From Candidatus Eiseniibacteriota bacterium (GTDB lineage Bacteria; Eisenbacteria; RBG-16-71-46): a stretch of 64,000 nt of DNA. Location: positions 352,001-416,000 of the forward strand of contig CAVUWA010000004.1 in assembly GCA_963744995.1 (NCBI GenBank), given 5' to 3'. The stretch's first letter is position 1. Each line of letters begins with the position of its first letter. Positions 48,615 to 58,642 of the stretch are shown here, piece by piece. Both the position numbers and the translations under genes were made by a program. Under the pieces are notes generated by a model. The model worked only from the letters and a program-made list of their open reading frames with translations, was not told where the DNA came from and did no database searches.

Positions 48615-50005
48615 GGAATTCTCCTCAGGGCGTCGGGCTGCACGCTGTCGCCGACCGCGTTCGCGGCCACGATGTCGCGATACCAGAAGGCACTCTCTTT
48701 GGGCAGCCGCTCCAGGGTCGCAAAGTCGACCCAGTAGAGGCCGAAACGTCTGTCGTAGCCGTGCGCCCACTCGAAATTGTCGAGCAGCGACCAGACGAAA
48801 TAGCCGTGCAGCGGGACACCCGCCGCCAGCGCCTTGCGGGCGGCGAGGATGTGGCCGTGCAGGAATTCCACCCGGCGGCGGTCGTCGATCTGCTCCGCGG
48901 CATCCGGACCGTCGCCGTAGGCCGCACCGTTCTCGGTGACGTAGATGCGCGCCGGCTGGTAGTCGCGAGAGACCCGCAGCAGCAGGTCGTAGAGCCCGCG
49001 CGGGTAGACCTCCCACTTCATGTCCGTGAGCGCGTGGTCCGGGACGACCTGCGTCGCGACCGGCTCGCCGTCCGGACCCGCCTTGAGCACCGTGCGGCTG
49101 TAGTAGTTGACGCCGAGAAAGTCGAGCGGCGCGGCGATCACCTGCATGTCGCCGGCCTCGACGAACGACAGCGTGCCGTCCGCGAGATGTCCGCGCCTCA
49201 CCCGGTCGGCGATCGCGGTGCGCGGGTACTGGCCGCGGAAGATCGGATCGAGATACCAGCGGTTGAACGCCCCGTCGAAACGCCGCGCCGCCTCGACATC
49301 GGCGGCCCTGGGCGTCGCCGGCCAGGCGGGCGACAGGTTGAGCACGATGCCGACCTCGCCCTTCGTATGCCGGCGCAGCGCCTCCACCGCGCGACCGTGC
49401 GAGAGCAGCACGTGGTGGGCGGCACGCAGCGCCTCGGCCGGGTCGCGATGGCCGGGGGCCTGCTGTCCGGATTCATGGCCGAGGTGGGCGATGCACCACG
49501 GCTCGTTGTGGGTGGTCCAGTGCGGGACGCGATCGCCGAGCCGCGCCGCGACGACCTCGGCATACGCGACGAAGGCGTCCACGGTCGCCCGCGCTCCCCA
49601 GCCGCCCGAATCTTGAAGCGCCTGCGGCAGGTCCCAGTGATAGAGCGTCACGAACGGGCGGATCCCGGCGCCGAGCAGCTCGTCCACGAGGCGGTCGTAG
49701 AAGTCGAGTCCGGCCGCGTTCACCGCGCCGCGCCCCGCGGGGATCACACGCGGCCAGGCGATCGAGAAGCGGTATGCGCCGAGTCCGAGCCCGCGCATGA
49801 GCGCCACGTCTTCCTTCCAGCGATGGTAGTGGTCACAGGCGACGGCGGGCGTCGAGCCGTCATCGATGCGGCCGGGCGCCGCCGCGAAGCGTTCCCAGAT
49901 CGACTCGCCGCGGCCGTCTTCGGCGACCGCGCCCTCGATCTGCAGCGCCGAGGTGGCGACGCCCCACAGGAAGCCCTCGGGAAACACGTGCGTGGCCATG
50001 ATCAT
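48611..50005 (-). CDS. GH1 beta-glucosidase
   Basis: FLWGVATSA.QIEG, YRFSIAWPR, HNEP, TENG, WSLLDNFEW..G; no signal peptide. Confidence 0.97.
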   Translation of the reverse strand: MIMATHVFPEGFLWGVATSALQIEGAVAEDGRGESIWERFAAAPGRIDDGSTPAVACDHYHRWKEDVALMRGLGLGAYRFSIAWPRVIPAGRGAVNAAGLDFYDRLVDELLGAGIRPFVTLYHWDLPQALQDSGGWGARATVDAFVAYAEVVAARLGDRVPHWTTHNEPWCIAHLGHESGQQAPGHRDPAEALRAAHHVLLSHGRAVEALRRHTKGEVGIVLNLSPAWPATPRAADVEAARRFDGAFNRWYLDPIFRGQYPRTAIADRVRRGHLADGTLSFVEAGDMQVIAAPLDFLGVNYYSRTVLKAGPDGEPVATQVVPDHALTDMKWEVYPRGLYDLLLRVSRDYQPARIYVTENGAAYGDGPDAAEQIDDRRRVEFLHGHILAARKALAAGVPLHGYFVWSLLDNFEWAHGYDRRFGLYWVDFATLERLPKESAFWYRDIVAANAVGDSVQPDALRRIP

Positions 50006-51009
50006 CGCTCCGGCGCCGCGGCGCCTTCCGGGTAGAGGTGGCAGCGCACGCGCCTGTGTTCCACGGCGCGCGGCGCGGGATCCTGCGTGCGGCAGACGTC
50101 CATGACGTCGGGGCAGCGCGAAGCGAACGGGCAGCCATGCGCGGATTCGGGCGTGCCGCCGGCGCGCGGCGAAGCGCCCGGCACGAGGTCCCCGGCGTCG
50201 GAGATCGCCTCGAGCAGGGCACGGGTGTACGGGTGTGCGGGCGCCTCGACGACCTCGTGCGTGGGGCCGTCTTCGACGACCCGACCGCGGAACAGCACGA
50301 GGATGCGGTCGGCGAGGTAGCGCGCCGAGGCGAGATCGTGCGTGATCAGCAGAATCGCGAGCCGGCGTTCGCGCTTCAGGCGCTCGAACAGCCGCAGGAT
50401 GTCGAGACGGATCGAGACGTCGAGCATCGACGTCGGCTCGTCGGCGACCAGCACGTCGGGCTCGACCGCGAGCGCGCGCGCGATCGCGACCCGCTGGCGC
50501 TGCCCGCCCGACAGCTCGTACGGCCGGCGATGGATGAAGTCCTCGGCGGGCTCGAGCCCGACGGTGCGCAGCAGCTCGATCGCCCGGGCCTCGGCGTCGG
50601 CCCGCGTGGCGCGGTGATGCCTGAGCAGCGGGCGGATCAGATGGTGGGCCACGTCGTGCACCGGGTTGAGCGAGCCGAACGGGTCCTGGAACACCATCTG
50701 CACGCGGCCGCGGTAGGCCAGCGAGGCGCGATGCGGCTCGCTCCCGAGCACGTCGGTGCCGTCGATCAGCAGTTCGCCCCCGTCCGGCGTCTCCAGCCGC
50801 AACACGATGCGCGCCAGAGTGCTCTTGCCGCTGCCGGACTCGCCGACCAGCGCCACCGCCTCGCCGCGACGGATCGCCAGGCGAACGTCCTCGGCGGCGA
50901 CCACCCGGCGGTTGCGGCCGCCGAAGCCCGACGAGGGGAACGTCTTACGGATACCGCGCAGCTCGAGCACCGGCACGGTGGCGGCGCCGGGCTCGGAATG
51001 GGCATTCAA
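50002..51009 (-). CDS. ABC transporter ATP-binding protein (OppF-like)
   Basis: GESGSGKS, QMVFQDP, LSGGQRQR, DEPTSMLD, GCPFASRC; GGAGGG RBS with TTG start. Confidence 0.93.
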   Translation of the reverse strand: MNAHSEPGAATVPVLELRGIRKTFPSSGFGGRNRRVVAAEDVRLAIRRGEAVALVGESGSGKSTLARIVLRLETPDGGELLIDGTDVLGSEPHRASLAYRGRVQMVFQDPFGSLNPVHDVAHHLIRPLLRHHRATRADAEARAIELLRTVGLEPAEDFIHRRPYELSGGQRQRVAIARALAVEPDVLVADEPTSMLDVSIRLDILRLFERLKRERRLAILLITHDLASARYLADRILVLFRGRVVEDGPTHEVVEAPAHPYTRALLEAISDAGDLVPGASPRAGGTPESAHGCPFASRCPDVMDVCRTQDPAPRAVEHRRVRCHLYPEGAAAPER

Positions 51010-51031
51010 GGCGTCTTTCCCTCCGAAAACC

Positions 51032-51081
51032 ACTTTGTTCGATTGACGAACATAGTGTAGTCTTTGTGTCGAGCCTGTCAA
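51032..51081. promoter_or_regulatory. ROK-type operator 2 (51032-51056) within divergent promoters
   Basis: ACTTTGTTCGATTGACGAACATAGT; minus strand TTGACA-16-TACACT; plus strand TTGTTC-17-TAGTCT. Confidence 0.8.
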
Positions 51082-51155
51082 GGGATCGCCCCGGCCTCCG
51101 GCCGGGCCCCTCCGGGCCAGTCAGGGCCAGTACGACCATCGTGAGGGAGGCGGAA

Positions 51156-52169
51156 ATGCATCTGTGCGGATCATGGCGGCGCCCCGTGCGCACCGGCGCG
51201 CTGTCCATCATGCTCATTGCGCTCTTCAGCGTGGCGCCCGCGACGAGCCACGCGCAGCTGTCGCCGTACAGCCAGAACTTCGAGAACCTGGGTCTCAACG
51301 ATCCTGCGGCGCTCAGCAACGACGGCTGGCTCGTCTACGGCAACGTGTATTCGCCGACGCTCACCTACCTGTACGGCTACGGCCCGTTCCCGGCGCCCAA
51401 CGAGGAGCCGCCGCACTTCTGCCGGATCGTCACCGGCGAGGGTGGCTCGACGCAGGGGGTGCAGCAACTGAGCGTGTTCAGTGACTACGAGAACGCCGAT
51501 CATGCCAACGGCAACCTGATCGAGTCGAACGTCTATCAGGAACGCATGATCAGCGCGGCCGACGTCGGTCACACCTGGTATTTCGAGTTCGACGCCAAGC
51601 TCGGCAACCTCGTGGCGCCGACCACGGCCGTGGCGTTCATCAAGACGCTGAACCCGGCGGCGGGCTACGCGCTCACGAACTTCATCACGAGCGACATGAC
51701 GTCGATTCCCTCGACCTGGAACCGCTATTCGGTGTCGCTCATGATCGACGCGGGGTTGATCGGCCAGATCTTCCAGTTCGGCTTCGCGAACACCGCCACG
51801 AACTATGATCCTTCCGGCGTGTTCTACGACAACATCGAACTCACCGAAACGTCGACGGTGGACGTGCTCCCGACCGCCTTCCGCGCGACGGGGCTGGAGC
51901 TGAGCCTGCGCGGCAATCCGGTCGCGGGCGGCCAGGGTCAGGTGCTGGCGTTCTCGCTTGCGCAGGAGAGCCCGGTGTCGGTGCGGATCTACGACGTCAC
52001 CGGGGCGCTCGTCGCGACGCTCGTCCATCGCGAGCTCGGCCCCGGACTTCATCAGGTCTCCTGGCGCGGCGATGACGCCAGCGGTCGCCGGGTGCCGTCG
52101 GGTCTCTACCTCGCGGAGGTCGTCGCCGGCCGCGAGCGCGCGGTGGCCAAGCTGCAGCGGCTGCGCTGA
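51156..52169 (+). CDS. Secreted beta-sandwich protein with C-terminal FlgD-Ig/T9SS-like domain
   Basis: Signal peptide (SHA/Q); domain paralogous to 58643-59362; IYDVTG.LV.TL, W.G.D..G..V.SG.Y. Confidence 0.8.
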   Translation: MHLCGSWRRPVRTGALSIMLIALFSVAPATSHAQLSPYSQNFENLGLNDPAALSNDGWLVYGNVYSPTLTYLYGYGPFPAPNEEPPHFCRIVTGEGGSTQGVQQLSVFSDYENADHANGNLIESNVYQERMISAADVGHTWYFEFDAKLGNLVAPTTAVAFIKTLNPAAGYALTNFITSDMTSIPSTWNRYSVSLMIDAGLIGQIFQFGFANTATNYDPSGVFYDNIELTETSTVDVLPTAFRATGLELSLRGNPVAGGQGQVLAFSLAQESPVSVRIYDVTGALVATLVHRELGPGLHQVSWRGDDASGRRVPSGLYLAEVVAGRERAVAKLQRLR

Positions 52170-52272
52170 CGCCGGAACCCATCGGGCGTGTCGAGGGGCG
52201 GTCGCCGGACGGTGACCGCCCCTTGCGCGTGCGTCGCGCCGGCCCGCTGGATGGAAGCGCCGGCCGCGCGTC

Positions 52273-55200
52273 TCAGTCCGCGGCCGGGTCCGGTGCGGAC
52301 ACGCCGACGTCGATGCGGGCGATTTCGCCGCGGCGCTCGAAGATCGACCGCGCGAGGTCCGCATTCAGGGTCTCCCCCGGGGCTTCGGACGTGGCGCCGT
52401 CCGCGCGGGTCACCCGGATCCACGGTGCGTCACCGCTCAGGTGATAGACGACCGGCACCTGGCAGAACGTGAACGCCAGCGAGCCGGCCGGCACCTGGAG
52501 CTCCACCGCACGGCCGTCGAGGCCGCGCACCCGGAATACCTCGGGCGCGACGAGGAACTCGTCGCGGGTGAGCAGCTCCGGCCGGAAGCGCACGCTCCCC
52601 GCCTCGATCCCGACGCCGAGCTCGCCGAGGCGGGTCAGGATCTCCTCCTTCACCTGGCCGGTCATGCCGGGCTGCCGCGCGCCGGCGTGCCGCGGCGTGT
52701 GCGAGTAGGGGTCGGTCGGAAACGCGCCGTACTCGGCCGGCGTCTTCTCGTAGCCGAGCCCGGCCCGGACTCGCAGGTAGCCGCGCACCAGCGCCGGCGC
52801 GGCCGGGTCGCCCGCGTCCAGGGCGGCGAGCGCATGTTCCTCCACCGCCACCAGCAGCTTCGCGACCATGTGCCAGTAGATGCAGCCGATGCCCTCGTAG
52901 CCGTACATGGTTCCGGAGCGTCCGGTGAACGCGCGGTGGTGAAACACCGTCTCGTAGAGGTCGAGCACCGCGCCGCGATCGCGCGCCGCGGCGCCGGCCC
53001 ACTTGCCACCGGCCGCGAGCCCGTCCAGGCGCCGGGCGAGCACGCGGGCCTGTTCGAGATCCGGGTGGAAGCGGCACGTGCCGGAGGTATCGAGCGCGAC
53101 GATCGAACGGTCGCCTTCCGCCAGCATCCCCCCCAGCAACCCGATCGCGCGCGCGTCCTCGAGCGGCACCACGTTCCTCCCGAGGAAGCCCGGCAGCGTG
53201 CGCTCCGGATAGAGCATGAAGCTCTTTCGCCGGGGATCGTACATGTGGCTTTCGAACAGCGCGTCGACGAGTCGCGCCGCCTCGGCCGGGGCCAGCGTTC
53301 CGGCGCTCAGCGCCGCCACCTGGCCCTCGAGCATCTCGGCGAGCGGGGTCAGCGCGAGCGTCTCAGCGCCGGTCGGCCCCAGCACGTGATAGGCGTGATA
53401 GAGCCCGTCGGCGCGCCGGCTGAGGGCGATGGTGTGGTCGAGGTGCGCGAGCGCCACCTCGATCAGCGCGGGCAGGGCGCCGGGTGCGACCGTCGCGTCC
53501 TCCACGCCTTTGCCGGCATACGCGCCCGTCCGATAGGTCTCGAACGCGGCGCCGAGCGCATCCAGCATCGTCCTGCGGGCGCCGGCGCCCACGGGGCCGC
53601 TGCCCGCGGCCGGCCGGTGGCGCTCGAGCGTGGTGCGCACCGCCTCGGCCCAGCGGGCGACGCCGGCGGCGATCGAGACCGGTCGCGCGCCGCGCGCCGC
53701 GAGAAGGTCGCCGACGAAGCGCAGGTAGCGTCTCAGGTAGCAGAGCGTCACGGTCGAGACGCCGTTGCCGGCGAGGGCGTTGTTGGCGTCGTTCCACTCG
53801 GGGCGCTGGGTGTTCATCCAGATGCCGCCGTCGGCGACGTAGCCGGAGAGGCGCGCGAGCGCCGAGACCAGCAGCTTCTCGATCAGCGAGGCGTGGCGCA
53901 CCCCGCCCGCGGCGCCCGGCACGAGCTTGCCGTCCGTGCCGATTTGCGTGACGCGCGTGCCGATCGCTGCGGCGAGCTCCGCGTCGAAGTCGATCGTCGC
54001 GTGCGGATCCGCGAGGATGGCCGCGTAGGGCCGCAGCCGGTACGGCACGTGCGCGTAGCTGAACACACGCCGCTCGAGCATCCGTGCGAGCGCGTCCGGG
54101 TCGAAGCGCTGCAGGGCCTCCATCAGCCGCAGCAGGTAGACGATCTGATGGTCTCCCCAGTAGCCGATGTGGCTCCACGGATCGGCGGGATCCACGACCT
54201 CCCAGTCCACCCCGTCGCGGCCGATGCGGTACGGGTTGAAACCGTCGACCGTCGAAGCATTCACGAACTTCGCGATCATCGCGGGGAGGTAACCGGGGAA
54301 GCTCATCGCGAGCGCTTCCCAGTTCTGGAACACGTCGCGCCAGTTGCCCTCGTAAGAGAGCGCCGGCGCGCCGTCCGAGTGCGCGGGCCGGATCGAGAAC
54401 CGGTTCCACGGCCGGCTCGGGTCGCCGTGGCGCCGGCCGAAGGTGAGCGGCAGGTACTCGAGGCTCAGACGCTCGAGATCGGGGTCGCCCGTTTCCGCCG
54501 CGGTCTCGACGAGTGCGGTGACGTCGAACGGATCGGGCAGCGCTTCGAGCCGCGACCGGTGGCGCGCGAGCACCTCGCGGTTGCGGACCTGGAGGAAGTC
54601 GAGCAGATCGGCCCGCGGCGCGCGATAGCCATCGGGGAACACGCCGCCGCGCATGTTGTTGTAGAGCACGTTGGCGAAGTGGTGCGCCGCGGCCACCGGG
54701 CGACCGGTGCGCTCGAGTCCGTCCGCCGCCGCCACGTTGCGGATCAGCGCCTCGGTGGCGGCGTCGAGCGCGCCTTCGATCTCGCGGGCGATCGCCCCGC
54801 CCGCCGTCAGCCGGTCACGCAGCCGTACGATCGCGAGCGGCCCGCGGGCCGCGTCCGCCATGACCTGCCACGCCGCGCCCGCGCCGGGCGCGAGCCGCAG
54901 CCGTGCGGTGGCGAGGTAGTGGCCGCGGCGGCCGGTGCGCAGCGTCTCGGGTTCGAAGGGGCGTCCCTCCCGGAACGCCTGGATGGCGCCGTCATCGAGC
55001 GTTACCCGGGCGTTCGCGAGGCCGTGGCTCCAGACGACGTTCGCCCGCAGCGACTCCACCGCCTCGGCGCGGTCGGTGATCCTGGAGGTCAGCGAGAAGA
55101 TCGCGAGCCCGGTCGCCGGATCGAGCTCCGTGCGCTTGTATGCGTCGACCAGGCTGCTGCGCTGCTGGTAGAGCGCCAGCGGCGCGCCGAACGGCAGCAC

Positions 55201-55725
55201 GTTGCGCAGCCCGTCCAGGATCTCCACCTCGACCGGCCCGCCGCCGAGGCGTTCGAGGCGCGCGCTGCGCACGAGCCCGAACGCCTCGCACATGCTCCAG
55301 CGGAAGCGGAACGCGAGGCCGAGGCCGTGGTGGATCTCCTCGAAGGCCACGCGGTGCCCGGCGAGGTGCTTGTAGAGATGGCGCTCGATGGGTGCGGCCA
55401 CCGGCGGCGGCTGCGCGAACGGCTGCCACACGGCCGCGCCCGCGCCCGCCCCGGCGCGGATCAGCGTGATCGGCCCCGTGTGGTGGTGGGCGTCATAGAG
55501 CCGGTCCACGGTCTCGTAGGGAAACAGGCTGCCGTCGGGATCGGTGCGCCCTGCGGTGAGGCCGCCCGTCGAAGCGAGGAACATCCAGAGATCCGTGTCG
55601 CTCGCCACGCTCATCAGGAACGGCGGCAACCGGTCGCTGTGCGCGATCCGGTACCAGGGTTCGCCATCGAGTTCGACGATCGGCCCTCCCGGCAGCTGCG
55701 TGCCGGGTGGCGTAGCGGTGGACAC
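52273..55725 (-). CDS. GH149-like beta-1,3-glucan phosphorylase
   Basis: ~1150 aa, no signal peptide; YLPLTFGRRHGDPSRPWN, GNWRDVFQNWE, WMNTQRPEWNDANNAL, FPTDPYSHTP, GMTGQVKE. Confidence 0.85.
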   Translation of the reverse strand: MSTATPPGTQLPGGPIVELDGEPWYRIAHSDRLPPFLMSVASDTDLWMFLASTGGLTAGRTDPDGSLFPYETVDRLYDAHHHTGPITLIRAGAGAGAAVWQPFAQPPPVAAPIERHLYKHLAGHRVAFEEIHHGLGLAFRFRWSMCEAFGLVRSARLERLGGGPVEVEILDGLRNVLPFGAPLALYQQRSSLVDAYKRTELDPATGLAIFSLTSRITDRAEAVESLRANVVWSHGLANARVTLDDGAIQAFREGRPFEPETLRTGRRGHYLATARLRLAPGAGAAWQVMADAARGPLAIVRLRDRLTAGGAIAREIEGALDAATEALIRNVAAADGLERTGRPVAAAHHFANVLYNNMRGGVFPDGYRAPRADLLDFLQVRNREVLARHRSRLEALPDPFDVTALVETAAETGDPDLERLSLEYLPLTFGRRHGDPSRPWNRFSIRPAHSDGAPALSYEGNWRDVFQNWEALAMSFPGYLPAMIAKFVNASTVDGFNPYRIGRDGVDWEVVDPADPWSHIGYWGDHQIVYLLRLMEALQRFDPDALARMLERRVFSYAHVPYRLRPYAAILADPHATIDFDAELAAAIGTRVTQIGTDGKLVPGAAGGVRHASLIEKLLVSALARLSGYVADGGIWMNTQRPEWNDANNALAGNGVSTVTLCYLRRYLRFVGDLLAARGARPVSIAAGVARWAEAVRTTLERHRPAAGSGPVGAGARRTMLDALGAAFETYRTGAYAGKGVEDATVAPGALPALIEVALAHLDHTIALSRRADGLYHAYHVLGPTGAETLALTPLAEMLEGQVAALSAGTLAPAEAARLVDALFESHMYDPRRKSFMLYPERTLPGFLGRNVVPLEDARAIGLLGGMLAEGDRSIVALDTSGTCRFHPDLEQARVLARRLDGLAAGGKWAGAAARDRGAVLDLYETVFHHRAFTGRSGTMYGYEGIGCIYWHMVAKLLVAVEEHALAALDAGDPAAPALVRGYLRVRAGLGYEKTPAEYGAFPTDPYSHTPRHAGARQPGMTGQVKEEILTRLGELGVGIEAGSVRFRPELLTRDEFLVAPEVFRVRGLDGRAVELQVPAGSLAFTFCQVPVVYHLSGDAPWIRVTRADGATSEAPGETLNADLARSIFERRGEIARIDVGVSAPDPAAD

Positions 55726-55727
55726 GG

Positions 55728-56861
55728 TCAGCGCTCCATGGCCAGCTTGGGCGTGCGATCGGCGCGGAACAGTCCCCAGTGTTTCTCGACCTCCTCCGGG
55801 TGCGGTCCGCCCTTCCAGTTTTCGTCGAACGCCTCGAAGAAGAACGTCGTGGTGCGCGTGCGGTGCGCCCAGCGCCCGAGCTGGCGGTAGAACGTCCGCT
55901 GCTGGGCCTCGCCGGCGACGCCCTTCATGAGCCGCCCCTGCTCGCCTGCGGTGCTGCGCTGGGTCGCCCAGCCGGTCTCGCCGAGCACGACGGGGACGTG
56001 CGGATGCGCCTTTCGGATGGAGGCGTACGTCGCCGTGGTCCAGTCGAGCGCACGGTCCAGCAGGATGCCGTTCCAGAGCGGATGCGCGTGCATCGTGATG
56101 AAGTCCACCTCGTCGGCGACCGCGTCGCTCCCGGGCTTGTTCCAGAAGTTGAAGTCGTCGGCACTGGTGACGGGAACGCTGGTCTGCGCGCGCAGCGTGC
56201 GCAGGTCGCGGATCAGCTGCTGCGCCGGGAAGCGATGGTCCGACCACGAGACCTGGGTTTCGTTGCCCGCGCTGATCGCGACGACTTCGTCGGGGTACAG
56301 GCCGGCGAGGCGGATCGCGGCCGCCACCTCGGCACGGTTGGCCACGACGTTCGCGGCGGAGGTGTCGACCACGGCGCCGCCGGCATCCAGGCGCGTCTCG
56401 GGCGCGAGCCACACGCCGAGCATCACGCGCAGCGGCAGCCGCTCCGCGCGGATCACCGAAAGGATCGTCTCCGCGGGTCCGACCGAGTTGTAGATCCTGA
56501 TGAGATGCCAGTGGCGCGCCAGGAGCCGCAGGTCTTCGCGGATCTCATCGCGCGAGGGCTGTGCGCCGCCCGGCGCCTGACCGTCCCGATGCGGGCCGTA
56601 GGCGATGCCGTAGCCGATCCAGCGCCCGCCGTCGCGTGGATCGAACGCGCGCCGCGTCGTCGTGGCGTTCTGTCCGGCACCCCCCGCGGGCCCGGCATCG
56701 CCGCTCTTCGCCTGGCGACCGGATTCCGCCGGGGGGCTCGGCGCGCCGGCGAGCTGCCCCGCTGCGGGGCTCCAGGCGCAGGCGGCGAGCCCGAGGACCG
56801 CCACCAGCACGGCCGGCCGCAGGCCCGCCCGCGTGCCTTCGCGGCCCCGGCACGGCTTCAC
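55728..56861 (-). CDS. GH17 beta-1,3-glucanase/transglycosylase
   Basis: IRIY, AGNE, GETGWAT, FEAFDENWK, EKHWGLF; signal peptide. Confidence 0.9.
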   Translation of the reverse strand: MKPCRGREGTRAGLRPAVLVAVLGLAACAWSPAAGQLAGAPSPPAESGRQAKSGDAGPAGGAGQNATTTRRAFDPRDGGRWIGYGIAYGPHRDGQAPGGAQPSRDEIREDLRLLARHWHLIRIYNSVGPAETILSVIRAERLPLRVMLGVWLAPETRLDAGGAVVDTSAANVVANRAEVAAAIRLAGLYPDEVVAISAGNETQVSWSDHRFPAQQLIRDLRTLRAQTSVPVTSADDFNFWNKPGSDAVADEVDFITMHAHPLWNGILLDRALDWTTATYASIRKAHPHVPVVLGETGWATQRSTAGEQGRLMKGVAGEAQQRTFYRQLGRWAHRTRTTTFFFEAFDENWKGGPHPEEVEKHWGLFRADRTPKLAMER

Positions 56862-58453
56862 TGGAGGAGCACCAGTCGGCCGGCGGTGCCGTTCCGGCCC
56901 GAGGTCAGGCGATAGAGGTAGACGCCCGGTGCAGGACGCAGCCCGGCGTCATCCCGCCCGTCCCATGCGGCTTCGTACGAGCCTGCCGGATGGACGCCGT
57001 CCACCAGCGTCCGCACGCGCCGCCCGCTGACGTCGTAGATGGCGAGTTCGACGGGGCCTCCGCGCGGCAGAGTGTAATGGATGCGGGTCGCACCGGTGGT
57101 CGGATTGGGTGCCGCCGCGGCACGCAGCGCCGCGCCGCCTGCCCCGGCCGGTTCCGGCACCGCGACGTTGCCGCCCTCGGGTACGAACGTGAACGCATCG
57201 AGCACCACCTCCTGGTTCGTCGCCGGCGGACCGGCGTACTGCCAGAGATTCAGGTGCACGCGGGGCTGTTCGGGGCGCGGAATGTGCGGGCCGGTGTAGT
57301 TCCAGCTGTAGATCATGTTCCCGGGCGACTCGTCCGCAGGGCCGCCGCGCCAGCTGCGGAACTCGACACGGTCGGGCAGCCAGCGAAACGCGTGGCTCGT
57401 GAGCTCCCCGTCCGCGAACGTCGGATCGAAACGCCGGAGGTTGCCGGGGTAGTCGTACGGCTGCGCGACGAACTGGGCTATTTCACGCGCCGGGTTGTCC
57501 CAGCGGCTGAACTCGACGTCGATCTCGTTGTACGGATTCCACCACAGCCAGCCCGGGTCGTAGCAGCGCCCGTACTGCCAGAGAAACAGCCCGAACACGA
57601 TCTTCTGGTCGAGCTGGTCGAGTCGTCCGACGGTGGTGAAGACGTAGTCGCCGTAGCCGAGCGCCTGCTCGGCCGTCACCTCGGTGCTGTACCAGGTGTT
57701 GCTGAACTTCTTGACCGTGAGGTGGAGCGCACCGTTCGCGTCCACCCACACGGCGTCGGCGGTATCGCGGAACAGGCTCGGCCCCGGTCCGTAGTAGCCC
57801 GGCCCCTTCACGCGCCACGAGCGTCCGCTGAACGTGACCGTGCGCCCGCCGGGAAAGTCGTTCCACTGAATGTCGTCGAGCGTGGGCGGACCCGCGTTCT
57901 CGAACGTCGCCTCGTCGAAGAGCACCGTGGGCTGCGGATCGCCCGCTTCCTGCACCACGGCGAGCAGCAGCCGCGTCTGCGCCGTGCCGGTGGGCGCCGG
58001 GCCGCTCTCGACCGCGTAGTCGATCCACTGGTCGGTCGGCGAAGCGGCGGTCGCCACATCGTACGATTCGTAGCTGATGAGTCCCCCGCCGCCGTCACGC
58101 CACTCGATGTTGAGGATCGCCCGCGAGCCGCCGGTGAGCGGCTGGGAGGACGTGTTCCAGACGCGCACCGACGCCTGCCAGCGCTCGCCCGGCGCCGTGT
58201 CGAACGGCTGCCAGTAACCGGCGACCGAGAGGCTGCCGGTGTTCGGGCCGGAGACGCGCGCCGACCTGTGGCCGTGCGACGCTTCGGTGGATGAAGTGGT
58301 CGGGCCGAACTGGTACCAGCCGCCGAACGTGGTTCCCGACCCGGACAGCTCGAAGCTCGGATTGGCGAGCAGACACTGGGCCCCCGCGGGCGCGGCCAGG
58401 GCCAGACCGGCCGCGGCGAGGGCGGCGATCAGGCTGCGTGAAAGGAAACCCAT
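56858..58453 (-). CDS. Secreted CBM4/9-like plus GH16-like glycanase with C-terminal FlgD-Ig/T9SS-like domain
   Basis: NPSFE...W, FDEATF; EIDVE catalytic motif; PNP...IYDVSGRRVRTL...WDGRD...GVY. Confidence 0.82.
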   Translation of the reverse strand: MGFLSRSLIAALAAAGLALAAPAGAQCLLANPSFELSGSGTTFGGWYQFGPTTSSTEASHGHRSARVSGPNTGSLSVAGYWQPFDTAPGERWQASVRVWNTSSQPLTGGSRAILNIEWRDGGGGLISYESYDVATAASPTDQWIDYAVESGPAPTGTAQTRLLLAVVQEAGDPQPTVLFDEATFENAGPPTLDDIQWNDFPGGRTVTFSGRSWRVKGPGYYGPGPSLFRDTADAVWVDANGALHLTVKKFSNTWYSTEVTAEQALGYGDYVFTTVGRLDQLDQKIVFGLFLWQYGRCYDPGWLWWNPYNEIDVEFSRWDNPAREIAQFVAQPYDYPGNLRRFDPTFADGELTSHAFRWLPDRVEFRSWRGGPADESPGNMIYSWNYTGPHIPRPEQPRVHLNLWQYAGPPATNQEVVLDAFTFVPEGGNVAVPEPAGAGGAALRAAAAPNPTTGATRIHYTLPRGGPVELAIYDVSGRRVRTLVDGVHPAGSYEAAWDGRDDAGLRPAPGVYLYRLTSGRNGTAGRLVLLQ

Positions 58454-58554
58454 GCGTCCGTCCTGTGCGGATAGTGCGCCGCGGCCCGGCGCGGATTCGA
58501 ATAGGGACCGCGGACCTTGCACGTCGCGGATCCTGCGGTCATGTCCCCGCGACG

Positions 58555-58587
58555 AAAACCCGGCCCCACGCAGCGGCGGGGCCGGGT
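58555..58587 (-). terminator. Intra-operon terminator after the first gene
   Basis: ACCCGGCCCC / GGGGCCGGGT stem with a TTTT tail on the minus strand. Confidence 0.65.
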
Positions 58588-58642
58588 CTCGTGACGGCGT
58601 CCTGCCCATGCCGTCCGCGCCCGGCGCGGACGGGCTCCCCCG

